From the NCBI RefSeq assembly GCF_006345805.1, contig NC_043003.1, positions 69,006,001 through 69,070,000 on the forward strand: 64,000 nucleotides of DNA. The letters run 5' to 3'. Under the pieces are notes generated by a model. That model made no database searches and was not told the origin of the DNA. It was given only the letters and a program-made list of their open reading frames with translations. Both the position numbers and the translations under genes were made by a program. This DNA comes from Octopus sinensis. Lineage: Eukaryota. Of this stretch, positions 46,013 through 61,687 are shown one piece after another (position 1 is the stretch's first letter; the number at the start of each line of letters is the position of its first letter).

Positions 46013-47292
46013 TTTCTTTATTAGCCACACAGGGCTGCACACAGATAGAACAAATTACAAGGTAGAGCTTTTCTTTTGAAGGTTTAAAAAAAAAAGGAGG
46101 AGGGGGAGTTTCGATCAAAAGGGATCGTAAAAGGAGAGAAAGAGGACAAAAAAAAGGGGGGGTTAAAAAAAGGGGGAGAGGAAAAAAAAATTGATCAATA
46201 GGGATCGTTATCACAGAAATGTAAATATGAAGTGTAAAGGGGAGGACAGGTGAGGTTTACCCGTGGAAAGAAAAGCCTACGGAAAAGACCACGGTAACCT
46301 CGGTCAATGAAGTCACATGTTATATTTCTTTCTTTTTTTTTGCAAATAAGCAACTCTCTGTATTAAATTTTACGGTTCATAGAATCATAGTCAAGGTGGC
46401 TTCGTCATTCATACGTGCCATCCTTGCTACATTCACCCATCTTTTTTTAAAACATTCACTAGACAAAACTTGCCTCTCTACTCTCACTTTCCTCCTCAAG
46501 TGATACTTGAAGAAGTTGATGAGAGATTGACCAGAGAGGAAAGTGTTTGTCTCTAATCCTTTCAGGCGCGTCCACCAGATACATTCTTTCGCCATAGCCA
46601 CAAGTATGATAAAAATAGCTCTTCCTTCCCGTTTGAAGGAAGGAGGCGTGACGATATTAACGATAGACTCGGCTGATAAACCGACACGTCCCACACGTGA
46701 CAGCAGTCGTTCAACATAAGCCCACAGGTCGGAAATTGCTGGACACTGCACGAGTGCGTGCAGAGCGGTTTCGTCGCTCTGCCCGCATCTCGGGCAGGTC
46801 GGCCCCGTGTTTCTCGAGCCATGCCTATAGAGCTTATCCCGAACGGGTAGCGCTTCTCGGTAGCACCGCCAGGCCAGGGATCTCTGGAAGTTGTCCATAG
46901 GTCCCGGGCCGAAAGTCGTTTGAAACAGGCGGGTCAGGTATTCCTCGTCGACGCCCAGGTTTGCCCCGAGATCGTCGTCGTACCTCCCCTCCACTAATCC
47001 CCTATAGAATGCTTTGGTTGTGTTGAAGTCACTCAAGGTCGACCCGGGACGGCAGAGTTGCTTGAGAGCAACGCGACACTCGCCGTGCCATTCGCCCTTC
47101 CTCGGCCTCTTTTTGATCCACGACTGTAGTTCGGTCATGGAGACGAGTTGCGGGAATGCGTGCCTCACAAACGGCGACCACACCTGTTCACCGTCGTCTA
47201 CATAGAGCCGGAGATGTCGCAGTCTCAGCGCGTGCTGCGCATCATCAACCACGGCATGCCCAGCCCTCCTTTTAACGGGTGTTGACAGCAAA
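46013..47292 (-). mobile_element. 5'-truncated Tx1-clade LINE: ORF2 C-terminus (zf-RVT region) and 3' UTR
   Basis: [13 protein letters not shown] / HALRLRHL (frameshift near 47225), [35 protein letters not shown]; stop at 46377; GATA repeats on both sides. Confidence 0.85.
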
Positions 47293-47575
<283 letters not shown>

Positions 47576-47632
47576 TGTATACATGTATGTATGCATACAT
47601 TTTTGTGTCTATACACACACAGACATAAACAC

Positions 47633-47695
<63 letters not shown>

Positions 47696-47952
47696 ATATA
47701 TATAATATATATATATATTGTATGTTTTTTACTCACCTATCATCCAAGTACATCACAAAATAAACATGCACTGATATTTCTGACAATTGAATGATGGAAA
47801 TTACATCCGCATCACCTTGAATAGAACCATTCGGTGTTTAAGATGGTAAAGATAAAGGCAACTTGTGAATTATATGGGTATACTACATTTTTCTAAAATT
47901 TCAGGCCTTGTGCCTTTAGTAGAAACGATAAGTAGTAGTGGTGGTGGTGGTT

Positions 47953-48009
<57 letters not shown>

Positions 48010-48013
<4 letters not shown>

Positions 48014-48950
48014 CCTAACTTCTGATTTGTCTATTGTATGTCACGTCACAGCACCCTCTCGCAACTTGGGGAGAACAACACGTATGTTGTTCCAAGTATC
48101 GTTGCTAACTTAGTACTTCCTAAGAAATTTGGCGCCTGCAGGTTTTCATGCCAGAATAATGCTTTCTCTGGGATGGTCCCACGTGCATCGATCACAATAG
48201 ATACCACACACACTTTTGAAGGTCTATGATTGTCGCTCACTTCCAATGCTAGGTCTTGATAGTAGTGTCGGTATCTAATTTAATGGAAGCTGTTTGCCTG
48301 AGCTTGCCTCTTACAAAAGTTGCTTTAGCACAATTATCAAGGCCAAAGTCCATCTCAATGTCAGTATCGAATTCTTTAACAGTTGTTAACAGCCCTACTA
48401 GCTATTTACCCTTTCTAGCAAACAGATGGTTTATTGTTGTATTGAAAATTTGAACCCATACCTGGTGTTATTTAGTCCGTTTGAGAGTGGGGTCAGTGCC
48501 ATGCAAAAGAGTAATGGGGAGGAGGAGTCACCTTGAAAAGTGCCTCGTTTGATGCTGATGTTGTTAGTTTGGCTCATCCTATTACTATGGTTTATAAGAG
48601 AACGTGTGTTCCACTTGGCCATGCTATCTTGTAAGAATTTGGAGATGACAAAAGAGATCTTATATATCTCAAGGGCTTTGAATATCCAATTATGTGGGAC
48701 ACTATCAAACGCCTTCCTGTAGTCTATCCATGCTACACTCAGGTTCTTCTTTTTGCTCCGGCAATTCTCTACAATCCGTTTACTTCGAAGTAATTTATCT
48801 TTTCACCCATTAGAATTCTTTTGACAGCGTTTTTGCGCTTGTGGAAGGATAGATCTCTGTTTAAGTAAAGCGTATATTCTGTCCGTTAATATGGACGTGA
48901 GGATCTTCTAGGTGGTGTTGAGACATGTTATCGGTCGTTACCTCTTTGGA
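48010..48950 (-). pseudogene. Dong/R4-type LINE reverse transcriptase fragment
   Basis: NLSVAWIDYRKAFDSVPHNWI, IKRGTFQGDSSSPLLFCMALTPLS, IEMDFGLDNCAK; internal deletions. Confidence 0.85.
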
Positions 48951-48959
48951 TTATTATTA

Positions 48960-49516
48960 AGTGAGAGAGCAGTACATGCCATCAAAGTGACACTGGGGTA
49001 AAATATACGAAGCCCAGTAGATCCATCATGACTACCCGTCTGATAAGGGTACACTAGGCACATGCATCACAGCCATATGTGCGCGACATGGTAATCTCAT
49101 ATCAAGATAAACAGCACATGGCCTTGCAGGTGGGGCCCAGTGAGAATTTTCTTCTGGTCGAGTAGCCCATCCCACTCAAAACGCCCTTGAATAAGGATTG
49201 TTTAAGGATGTTAACCGAAACACCCATGTTTCCAGAAGTGAATTATTCAAACCCCAAAGAATCCTGCTCAACACATGGCTATGATGCTCCTCCACAAATT
49301 TTGCTCATGATCAGAGATGGTTATATCGTCAGTCACTAAGCGACATGCCCAACTGGTTAAAGTCAAACAACTGACAAGCAAATTTGTGGCTTTGTGCAGA
49401 ATATTTGCTGTAGCCCATCTTTTATACCAAGACAAAACAATGTACATGATAACACTTCTAATCAGTTAAGATCAGAAGCCGTGAGAGCCACTGCCTGGTA
49501 CTGCATCAGGGCATGA

Positions 49517-49520
<4 letters not shown>
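48960..49520. mobile_element. Dispersed repeat of about 560 bp between TTA tracts, family uncertain
   Basis: Complex sequence with sharp ends at (TTA)n; I recall it as a common octopus repeat; no second full copy here. Confidence 0.45.
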
Positions 49521-49591
<71 letters not shown>

Positions 49592-49594
49592 TTG

Positions 49595-50420
49595 GCTTAG
49601 CTCAGGTTCGGTCTTATTCCTGATAGGATTTATGTTGGTAGCGGGTTACTACTCGTAACCTTATTTATCCACCAGTTTTCAGTAACCTTTCAAGTGCTTA
49701 AAACCCACCTCATTATGCTTGCTGTTTTTAAGAGACAAACTTTCTGTAGGAGCTCTATTGCGCATTCTATTCCAATCTCCTTCCGCCATATGCCTATAAC
49801 TTTTCTTACTCTTCCCAACGTACCAATTATTATAGACACGATCTTTACTGTTCTCATGATCCAAATTCTTCCTATTTCAAATTTTAAAGGATTTCTTTTT
49901 CATCCCCTTTCTTTATGTCGCTGGAATCAAATGGGCATTGTGGATCGATCAGTAAGCAACTTCGCTTTTCCTTATCTATAATTGTTATGTCCGGTCTATT
50001 AATTTCTATCTCCTTGTCCGTTTGAACAGGAAAGTTCCACAAAATCCTATACATCTCCGACTCCAATACTCTTTCGACTCGGTGATTCTACCACTTGTTT
50101 CCAACTTCAAATTCCCATTTCTGGCACAGTTTCCAGTGTAAAACTTTTACAGTCGTCTGATCGTGCCTCCATTTCTAATATTCTTCCCGTGCCAACTTGG
50201 AGCATTCTGCCACAATGTGTACCACTGTCTCGTTCCAGGTTCCACAGACTCTGCAATTTTCTGACACATTCTCTTTATATATATTTTTCTCAAGTTGTTT
50301 GCTTTTATTGCTTAATCTTGAGTAGCTACAATTAGGCTTTTTGTCTCTTTCTCAGTTGCCTCTTTTTTAACCAGGCCCAAGATTTTGCTCCACATACATC
50401 TTCAGTGCCTCTCCAAAATT
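49595..50420 (-). pseudogene. Dong/R4-type LINE 3' part: CCHC knuckle, RLE endonuclease, 3' UTR ending in (AAT)n
   Basis: CRVCG..ETVVHIVAECSKLA..RHD; LWNFPVQTDKEIEINRPDITIIDK..LLID. Confidence 0.85.
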
Positions 50421-50603
50421 GACCATGCAGTGGTTACTCTTCTATCTGTCTGACGAGCTTTCTTTGTATTTCATTCTCGTCTTTTTCTCCTATTACGCAC
50501 TTCATCATCTGTTTAGTAGCTTTTTCCTCTCTCTGCTGCTCTGTAAATACTCTACTAGGCTGTTTCTTTCCATCTGTACACATTCTTCTACTGCTATTAA
50601 ATT

Positions 50604-50604
<1 letters not shown>

Positions 50605-50645
<41 letters not shown>

Positions 50646-50935
50646 CATATACACTCAACAGATTAGACAGTTGGAAAAGAAAATAATCGTAACTTCGGGC
50701 AACAACAAGTAACCTTAGGTACCAAGAACCCTCCTAAGTATCTTAGCTGTCCCTAATAACACTGTTTTCTGCATCTGTACTAAACTGGGTTTTATGCCTA
50801 TTTCCTCTATCCGTCTGTTCAGGTCTTTGGGGGTAGTTCCCAATGCACCTATAACTACTGGGATACATTTTACCCGCACCTCCCATAGTCTCTGTTATTC
50901 AAAAGCTAGGTGCTGATACTTTACTATTTTATTCT
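50605..50935 (-). mobile_element. Dong/R4-type LINE extreme 3' end followed by (AAC)n
   Basis: KYQHLAFE*QRLW..IPVVIGALG..QKTVLLGTAKILRRVL. Confidence 0.85.
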
Positions 50936-50937
50936 CG

Positions 50938-52590
<1,653 letters not shown>

Positions 52591-55032
52591 AATTAACTAA
52601 TCGGTTGTCTGATTAATTGTTCGATTATTTACTCAATCAGGCTTGTCAACGACCTCCTCTATAACATTTTTGCACAACCTCCTCCGTAGCATATCTTCTC
52701 TACTTCCGGGCCTGTTTAGGTCTGTCTGTTTCAGACAAACCTGAAATAAACAGATCAAAAGAAGACATACTTGAAGCAGGCCTGGAGTAATTTTATGAAA
52801 TCTTTCAACATAGTAACACTACTCTCTTCTCTTACGGTTATTACTTCAATAATTTCTTACTACAAATAATCATTATATATTTAAATAACTATCTTATCTT
52901 AATCTCCAACTATTTTTTTATTCTCATTTTTGTTTTGCTCGATATATTTAATTATAAACACACTCTGTAACATATTTTTAACTTTTCGCAACAAATAGAC
53001 TTGGCTAATTTAAATTTCAAATTAATTCCAAATTAATTAATAAATTGAACTTTATTCGCCGAATACATAAACAATTTCTGCTCATATTCATCTGTCTCCC
53101 TCGTTTTCTCCTTTTCAATCTTTCTCTATCTTTATCTCTATCTCTCCCTCTTTCTTTCTCTCTCTTTCCCTCTCTCTCCACTTTTCTCAGCTCCTTTGTT
53201 TTACACTATCGCTCCTACCCCAACTTAATTAAAGTCTCCCCCCCACCTCGTCTATAGATTGCACGATACTCATACCGCTACTTATTCCCTCCTCTCTTCC
53301 TGTTAAATTTTATATGCTTTTCTCTATTTAGTTACTTAATAGATTATAATGTACAATTTACTCACGTCAATGAACGTCTTGCTCCAAGTGGGAAAACGGC
53401 TTATGTTAAGTGAGATATCGTTTTGAATTGAAGTAATTATGTTCTGCTTTCTAACGATATTGAATCCTTTTAGAAACTGCGGACGGCTTTTCATTTGATT
53501 ATATTCATCTAATAACTATTACGTATATGCGTGTATGTGAGTATATATGAGTAGTGTTTGTGTGTATGTATGTAGGTTTTCATTGCATTTTGCTGTTTTA
53601 AAACATCTTATGAAACAGTTAATAAAATATATATTCCAAATGTTAAAAGACCAAGGATTTCTTTTGGGGTGGAGTTTGGAATAATAACTAAAAACACTCG
53701 AATGAAGAATAGCTACAAAAGTTGGAAAACAGCTTATTAAAACCTGAAGCGTTTTTATTTATTTATTTATTCGTTTTTGCTTTAGTTTTTTTGTGTATTT
53801 ATTAGTTTTGAGTTTTTGTTTATTCGCTAGTTCTGTCTGAATTCTTTTGTTCAAGAAATCGATTCCTTTCCATTTCTTCATTCCATTTTTTCTTTTTTCC
53901 CCAGCGGCCATAACTGTCTGAAAGTTTTAACACAAAATGACTATTATATAATTTAATGTCAGGCTTTTCTACTTGTCTTCCTATCAATACTCAATACTCT
54001 AGCTGAGAATCTATCTATAAATTTATGTATGTAAACGTCTGCCAATGTAACTATATATATGTAAGAGGGCGTTTATGAATGGCGGGGGTCTTGTGTGTGA
54101 TTACGTTTTTGCCCATAATAGTTTGTTTTTTTAATATCGAATATTTAAACAGAAAATCAGAGATAAAACGAAAAGAGAATGTTCTGTAAAAAGTGTGATA
54201 AGGTTTTAATAAGTTTTATAATATACTGAATATTAAATTTTCGATTATTTTGTCAGTGTTTTCTTCTTCTAATTGGTTGGTCATAAATAACTGAAACTGT
54301 TACTGATGAATTTTGTATATGTTCCTAAAGCTTTTCATTATTATTTTTGTCATTAAGTTTACGGTTAATGTCTGAAATGCATACATAGTCTGTTACATTC
54401 ATGTATATCTGTCTGTTGGTCTGGGATATGAGTAGTTAGATAAACTCTGTATTTGATATATATGCATATAAATTATGTATGTAAACAATTTATCACAAAC
54501 ATTTTTTTCTAACTTTCTCTTCATCTATCTATCTCTCTTTTGATATGGGTGCAAGAATGATGGAGTGTAGTATATACATATATACATACATATATATATG
54601 CATGTATGTATATGTATGTATGTATATATATATATGACATAGGCGGAATGGTTGATGTGTCAGTATGTCAAGAGGTATGTACATTAATGTAATGAAAAAG
54701 TGAGAAAAGCGGTATATGTGTGTAAGCGCACCTGTATACCTATGAATGTAGAAGTCTGTACATAAATCCGTGCGTATGTCTATATATGTGCGTATATTTG
54801 AGTATTCATGAATTCAGTATATATATAATGTGTGTATTTATGAGAATATATATATACATATATACATATAGATGAATATACATAAATAATATATACGAAT
54901 AGATAAATATATATAACATATACATACAAATATAAACACATACAAACACATATGTACATATACATACATATTTACACATATATGTATATAGACATATATA
55001 TGTGTGTGTGTATATATAGGTACACATATATA

Positions 55033-55078
<46 letters not shown>

Positions 55079-55220
55079 TATATATACACATATATATATA
55101 TACAGCTAAACGTATTCGTGTATATATATATATATGTATATTCATGTGTATATATACATATATATATATATATAAATAATATACACATATATGCATGTAT
55201 ATATTATGTGTAAATATATA

Positions 55221-55259
<39 letters not shown>

Positions 55260-56069
55260 TATATATATATATATAAATATGTATATATTTGTATGTATGT
55301 ATGTATGTATGGTACAGAATAGATTTTTCTTATTTCTAAAGTGATGTGTTTTAAAATCTTGCTCTTTTCAACCATGAAAAAGTAATTTCCAGGCAACGTG
55401 GTAAAATTTTTCTCGATGTTGTTGATGTTGCTGCTGATGTCGTTTTATGTTCTTGCCGTTGTTATTGTGATTGATGATAATGTTGATGATGATGATGATG
55501 CTGTTGTCACTGCTGCTCCCCCCCCCCTTGTTCTTTGTGCTGATGTTTTATAGTATTTATGGTTCTTGGTTGATGCTTAACTTTCGAAATCTGTTGAAGA
55601 TAAAGAATAAATCTGTCAATTGCTGGAGCTGTTCTTGATGACTAGCAGGGTCTAAATATGAGAGACTGCGTGTGAGATGTATTTGCATGTGTGTGTTTAG
55701 AACCTTTTGGTACATTTCACTGCCTACTTGTTACAGAGAGAGTCGAAAGAATAATGTATCTTATAAATGTAAGCATATCAAACAAGCAACAAATACAAGC
55801 ACAAAAATTGTTCAATCTCCCCGCTTGTGGGAATGATTTGTGCAAGGAGGTCATAGTAAAAGGACGACGTTCTGGAAAGGAAATATTGCGTAGCGTGATT
55901 GATGCAAGGTCTGGTGGGATGGGAGATTACTATGATGAGAGGAAAAAAACAAGTTGGACAAGAACTTTTAAGAGGAAAAGGCATGAAACCAGCCAGGATA
56001 TATTCGTCAGATGACTACCAGCAATCATCGATGCCGAGTTCACCATCAATTGCGATAAATGATAAATTA

Positions 56070-56280
56070 TCGGATTCAAGATTTGGAACAAGGTCAATAA
56101 CTTCGGGGGGAACGCGAATACATTACATCGATCCCAGTGCAAAACTGGTACTTATTTTATCGATCCCGAAAGGATGAAAGATAAAGTCGAACTCGGTGTA
56201 ATTTGATCTCACAGTGTAAAAACGATCGAAATGCCGATAAGCAATTTTCCCGGCGAAACTACCAGCTCGCCGCCTTCGTC
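56070..56280 (-). mobile_element. SINE family B
   Basis: tacatcgatcccagtgc..cgaaaggatgaaag..ccagctcgccgcctt. Confidence 0.8.
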
Positions 56281-56369
56281 CCGACAAACGTTATATCAAT
56301 CAGATATTACTGGTATTATTAATCAGAGCAAAAAATGAGTGTTTTTCTTTTCCGTTTTTGCTAATTAAT

Positions 56370-56575
56370 CCTTTCTACTGGAGGTACAAATTTGGGGGGA
56401 AGGTATTAAGTCGATTACATAGACCACAGTGCGTAACTGGTACTTAATTTATCGTCACCGAAACGATGAAAGGCAAAGTCGACCTCGGCGGAAATTGAAC
56501 ACAGAACTTAGCTACGAAATACTGGTAAGCATTTCGCCCGGCGTGCTAACGATTCTGCCAGCTCGCCGCCTTCAG
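56370..56575 (-). mobile_element. SINE family B
   Basis: gtcgattacatagaccacagtgcg..gctaacgattctgccagctcgccgcctt. Confidence 0.85.
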
Positions 56576-58269
56576 CCCGACTAATATTATATCAATCAGA
56601 TATTACAGGTATAATTAATCAGGGCAAAAAAAATGGGCGTTTTTCCTTGCTGTTTTTGTTAATTAATATTATTTGTGGACATTTGAGAATTTCATTATTC
56701 TTACCAAACGGAAGAATTAGACAATGCTTTGGTCATTTTTTATTTGGTATTACTTTTATTTGATCTAGTTGGGGGTGGGGAATGACTTGCTACTGCCTCT
56801 CTTCATTTTATTGCTATTAGTTGTTATACTTCTGCTATTGTGGTGACAACGACTAATTTTTACTTGACCTGATGTAATAACTTGTCCTGTACTTTTCGAG
56901 AATTATAATCTTAAGAATATTCTTGCTCGCATTTTTCCATGTAATCCAGGGTTTTTTCCAGGCTATGCTATTATGCTAATTAATAATGTGTCAATAATTA
57001 GTTAATAATGTGTCAATTAATAATTTAAGATTTTACCTTATTGAAAATTGTCTAGCATTTAAGCTGACGTAATTAACCTAATTGCAAATTAGCGGTGTTG
57101 TAGGATAATTTTTTCCTTACCTCAATGATTCCGGTGACATATATTAAAAGTCCCCTTCTAGAACTATATTCACAAAAAAGTATAGAACAATATTATCAAA
57201 CTCAAATTTGAGAAAAAAGCACTCATGATTTTTTTCTTTTAAAACATCATTTCATGAGATTGATACCATAAAATTTCTCGAATTGAGCTCTAACATTTAA
57301 GTGAGTAAATTACACTACTAGCGTTGTTGAATAATGTGTGTATACATACTTACATATACACATACACATATATATATATATACAAATGCACATATACACA
57401 TACACATATACATGCATACATATCCATATATACACATACATACATACATATACATATATCACTATATATACATATATATACATATAAATACACATACATA
57501 AATATATGTACATATATATACACACATATATACACATACACACACAGACATACATATACTTACCCACATACGCATAAATATACATATGTATGTATAAACA
57601 TACACACATATATATCTGCATACATACACCTGTACGTATGCACACCCATATATGTACACACACAAGGTCACATACATATACACATACATATTTATACACA
57701 CATGCATACACACATGTATGCGCACCACATTTAAACAGTCAAACCTTCATGCATGTATATTTGTACTTATATGTGCGTACTTATACATGCATATATATAC
57801 ATATACCTATATATATACATGTAAAAGCCGGACTAGATTATTTTATACGCAACTCTGTTAACAACAACAACAATATATATGCATATATTTGCATATACAC
57901 ATGCATATATGCACTTTTATGTGCATACACAAATGCATACACATACATACACACATATACATACACCTACAAATACATGTACAAATATACATACACACAT
58001 ATATACATACGCACCCATATATGTATATACATATACATATATATACACACATACATACATATACACATATATATATATATGCACATACACACCAACATAA
58101 CAGTAGTAACCTATTCATATGCATATGTAGGTGCATGTATGCATATATATTCATACATACACATGCACGCGCATATATGTATATATACAACCACACACCC
58201 ACCCATATACACACATACTCACATGTATACATATATATATAGTACATAAAAGTATGTATACTCATATGT

Positions 58270-58930
58270 AGTTCTCATTGTTCAGGCGTCTTTCTGTGGA
58301 TTGTCGGGATTGGAGTTCCGGTGGTTTTGGTATTAGGTTGGGTTTTTTTTCAGTTTCGGTTGGTATTTTCGAATAAAGTATTCTTCCTTGGTCTTACGAA
58401 AATGGTTATCTTCTGTCCATAGTTTGAAGAAAGGGAATATTTTGAATTTTCCTTTCCCACATTGTTCGAAGTGTTCACTGCAGGTTGTGTTTGTAACGGA
58501 GGGGTCATGGATTTGTTGTTTATGTACCCTTGCTCTCTTTTATAGTCCAATGCCTGTTTCGCTAATGAAGTATTCTTTTTATTTAGGACATGTTTCACAG
58601 TAGACTAGGTTTCTGGATTTTCAATTCATATTTGCATTTATTTTTAAGATGTTGTTATCTTTGAAAATAATTGGTTCTCCTTCTTCAACGTAAACTCACA
58701 TTCTACAGCGAGGATCACTAGAGTTTTGAACTCACTTTGTTGTTTCTGTGTGTTTGTTTTGCTCTGAGGTCTGTAGTTGGAATGCTTTTTGCTTTGGAGA
58801 TGGCTGTCTCAAATAAACTAGTGGGATATTTTTGTTCCTTAAGAAATATTTTTAATTCCTGTAATCTTTTATCTCCTAATCCTGCATTTATTACTAGAGT
58901 GCAAATTCGTTTTGCCATATTAAAGTGTAT
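58270..58930 (-). pseudogene. Decayed PLE thumb, Cys-rich linker and GIY-YIG endonuclease
   Basis: AKRICTLV..RLQELKIFLKEQKYP (thumb), deletion, then one frame SSDPRCRM*..NMN*KSRNLVYCETCPK*KEYFISETGIGL*KRARVHKQQI..KEEYFIRKYQPKL. Confidence 0.8.
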
Positions 58931-58998
58931 GTTTATTTTATATATATATACATATATATATATAAAATATTAACCTCCGAGGTTTATATCTTCACTTG

Positions 58999-59041
<43 letters not shown>

Positions 59042-59042
59042 A

Positions 59043-59096
<54 letters not shown>

Positions 59097-59420
59097 CTTT
59101 TCTCTTTGCTGTGTATATTTTCTTGTATGTATACTCGTAAGAAAAAATATTTTGTTATTTAAGCAATCAGTAAAACATACATTCTTCAGTTTGAAAACGG
59201 CTACTTGAAAGCTTGAAACTCATATCAGAGTAAACCACTGTAAACACAATTATTAAGATTAAAGTAAAAACTATCCCCTCAAAAAAGCTATCTCTACACA
59301 TTCTTTCATATATATATATACACATACATACATACATACATGTATGTATATGTATATATGTCTATATATGTAAATATTTATATGTATATATACATATTTA
59401 TATATAAATGTATATATATA

Positions 59421-59669
59421 TTTCTTCTTCCCTGCCAAGAATTCACAACGACCTCGAACCCACAAAAGAGACAGAGACAGGCAGAAACAAGGAAAATGCC
59501 CCTTGTATTTGAATACCCTGCAAATATTGTTCTCAAGACCTATTCTTTTAATTTTTCCAAAATTTAATTGTTTCCCATACTTACAGTTGAAAAAGTTTCA
59601 ATGACTGAAACCGGTAATGAAATGTTTTTTATAAAATTATTTTAGCATTTTCTACTTTGACTTTTTCCA
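59421..59669 (+). mobile_element. Second copy of the 240-bp PLE-end-like element, with a U3-A8 HHR-like motif at 59584-59619
   Basis: Homologous to 6960-7199; cag TTGAAAA agt-ttcaatg-act GAAA ccgg TA atg. Confidence 0.65.
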
Positions 59670-59743
59670 TATATATCAACTCGTGTGTTCCTTTTCAACC
59701 TTCTACATATATATTTATATATACATATATACATATATATATA

Positions 59744-59821
<78 letters not shown>

Positions 59822-59989
59822 TATTGGACGAGTTTTCACAGTTTTTCACATAGCCTGCCAAATTTACACACAAGATCCCGTGCATTGGAATTGAACTCAA
59901 AACGAACTACTTAACCGCACAGACATGCCTTCGCCTGTACACAAATGTTGACGTTAATAAGCAAAACGTCTTGTGCCGTTTTGCCTTCT

Positions 59990-60420
59990 TTTCTTAAATA
60001 CCTGTTTGTGCTCTGAATGCTATAGACGTATTGTTGTGTAATTTCTAGTGTGTTTTTCTTTCACCATTTATGATGTTGAGAGCAGCACTGCTTGGTTGTA
60101 AATGATATTATCTGAATTTACTGATAAGGAGGAAATCGGTATATTTGTCATATCTTATCGATGTTTGATGGTTTGGAGTCAGTTTCCATGTAGTGCAGTT
60201 GATATAGATTTTACAGATTTGACGCAGTTGTGCAGCTGTGACTGAGAAGTGATGTGAATAACTAATATGATGTCATCTGTGTATAAGATTTTGTGTTGAT
60301 TTGGGTTTTCTGTAGATGCAAGATAAAATGAGTTGATGGAAGGATGGATCTCTGTGGTACTTCAGTCGGTAAATTCCAAATCCTGGCTGAGTTTTTATCG
60401 TACAACTGCGCCTCAGAACA
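59990..60420 (-). pseudogene. Possible very old PLE RT thumb remnant
   Basis: Only LEFT and IYRKPKSTQNLIH-like motifs, with stops. Confidence 0.3.
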
Positions 60421-61615
60421 ATCAGAAAGTTTAGCACAAACAAAATATTTATTATTGTTTAAATGGAGGCGTCAAGAAACCCATCCATATCAGACTCACT
60501 ACATCTGGACTGATCTATTACTAGTCGTTGGTTCTCATGCAAGAATAATTAAACTCACAGGATCTCAAATTATTGGAATGTAATACAGAACATCTAAAAC
60601 ATCAAACAACAGAGTAAGTTAATCAAGAATTTTAACAGAACAGAAGGGTATGTCAGTTAGTAGTAGGTCGGAGCAACTTTGGTTTCAATGACTGCCTTCA
60701 TATGTTTGGCATAGAGGATATCGATCGATGACAGCGCTCAAATGTTATGGAAGTTCAGATTTTCTCGATATCAAAACGTTAGCCACCATACTTTTGTAAA
60801 TATACTCAATAAGTTAACTACATGATATTTTAGCCGGTCAAGTGAGTGAGATGATGAGATGAATCGTTGAGCAAACAGCGATTGTTTTGGTTCTATGGAC
60901 ATGCATGTACCAAACCTTGCAGAAATAGAAATTTTGCATCAGTAAAATAGCTCTCATCTAATGTAGACATGAATGCTCCTATAGACCGCTATTTGAAGGT
61001 GACCCTGAGAGTCATACATGCGACATGGCATCCCAAACCATAAAAGCAAAAATCCGACACGATGTTCGTCAAAATGACACTCTAGAAAGAAGCTTCGACA
61101 AAGGACTCTGGAAAGAGCCAAGTTCTTCAGAAAATATATTCTGCAGTTTCTAGCCTCTTAGTAAAATATATCAAAAATGTTCAGTTGGACAAAAGATAGA
61201 TCATGGGTGTTGAGCATGACTCCAACACCAGCGTTTTCTTTAAAAAAATTATGTAATAAGAATTATATCAAAGTATTAACTGAAGCAGAAAATTTAAAAA
61301 CTTTCCAATATTACACTTAGCCTTCAGTAGATTATTCAAGAAACTAATGAGATTGTCTACAAACCGAAATGAAAATATTATTGCTATTTTGTTATTTATA
61401 AGAAACATAACTTTGTTTAAAATTCTTTCTCTTTTCTTAACAATCTAATTCTCTGAGACGCTCTTTTGTACAGAACAGGATTTCCAGCTGAAATTTTGTT
61501 TGCTAATGAGTTTCTTTTTTTGTGCTGTTATCGGTGGTACTTAAATCCAGGTCAACCCTGAATTAGCAGTCTTCTGATGTAAAGTGTTCCAGCCAACACC
61601 AATGTGTGTGTGTGT

Positions 61616-61687
<72 letters not shown>

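Noticed and set aside
60700-61120. RLFWFYGHAC, similar to the RTE C-terminal LRWFGHV motif
   Set aside because: Too decayed to support a feature.
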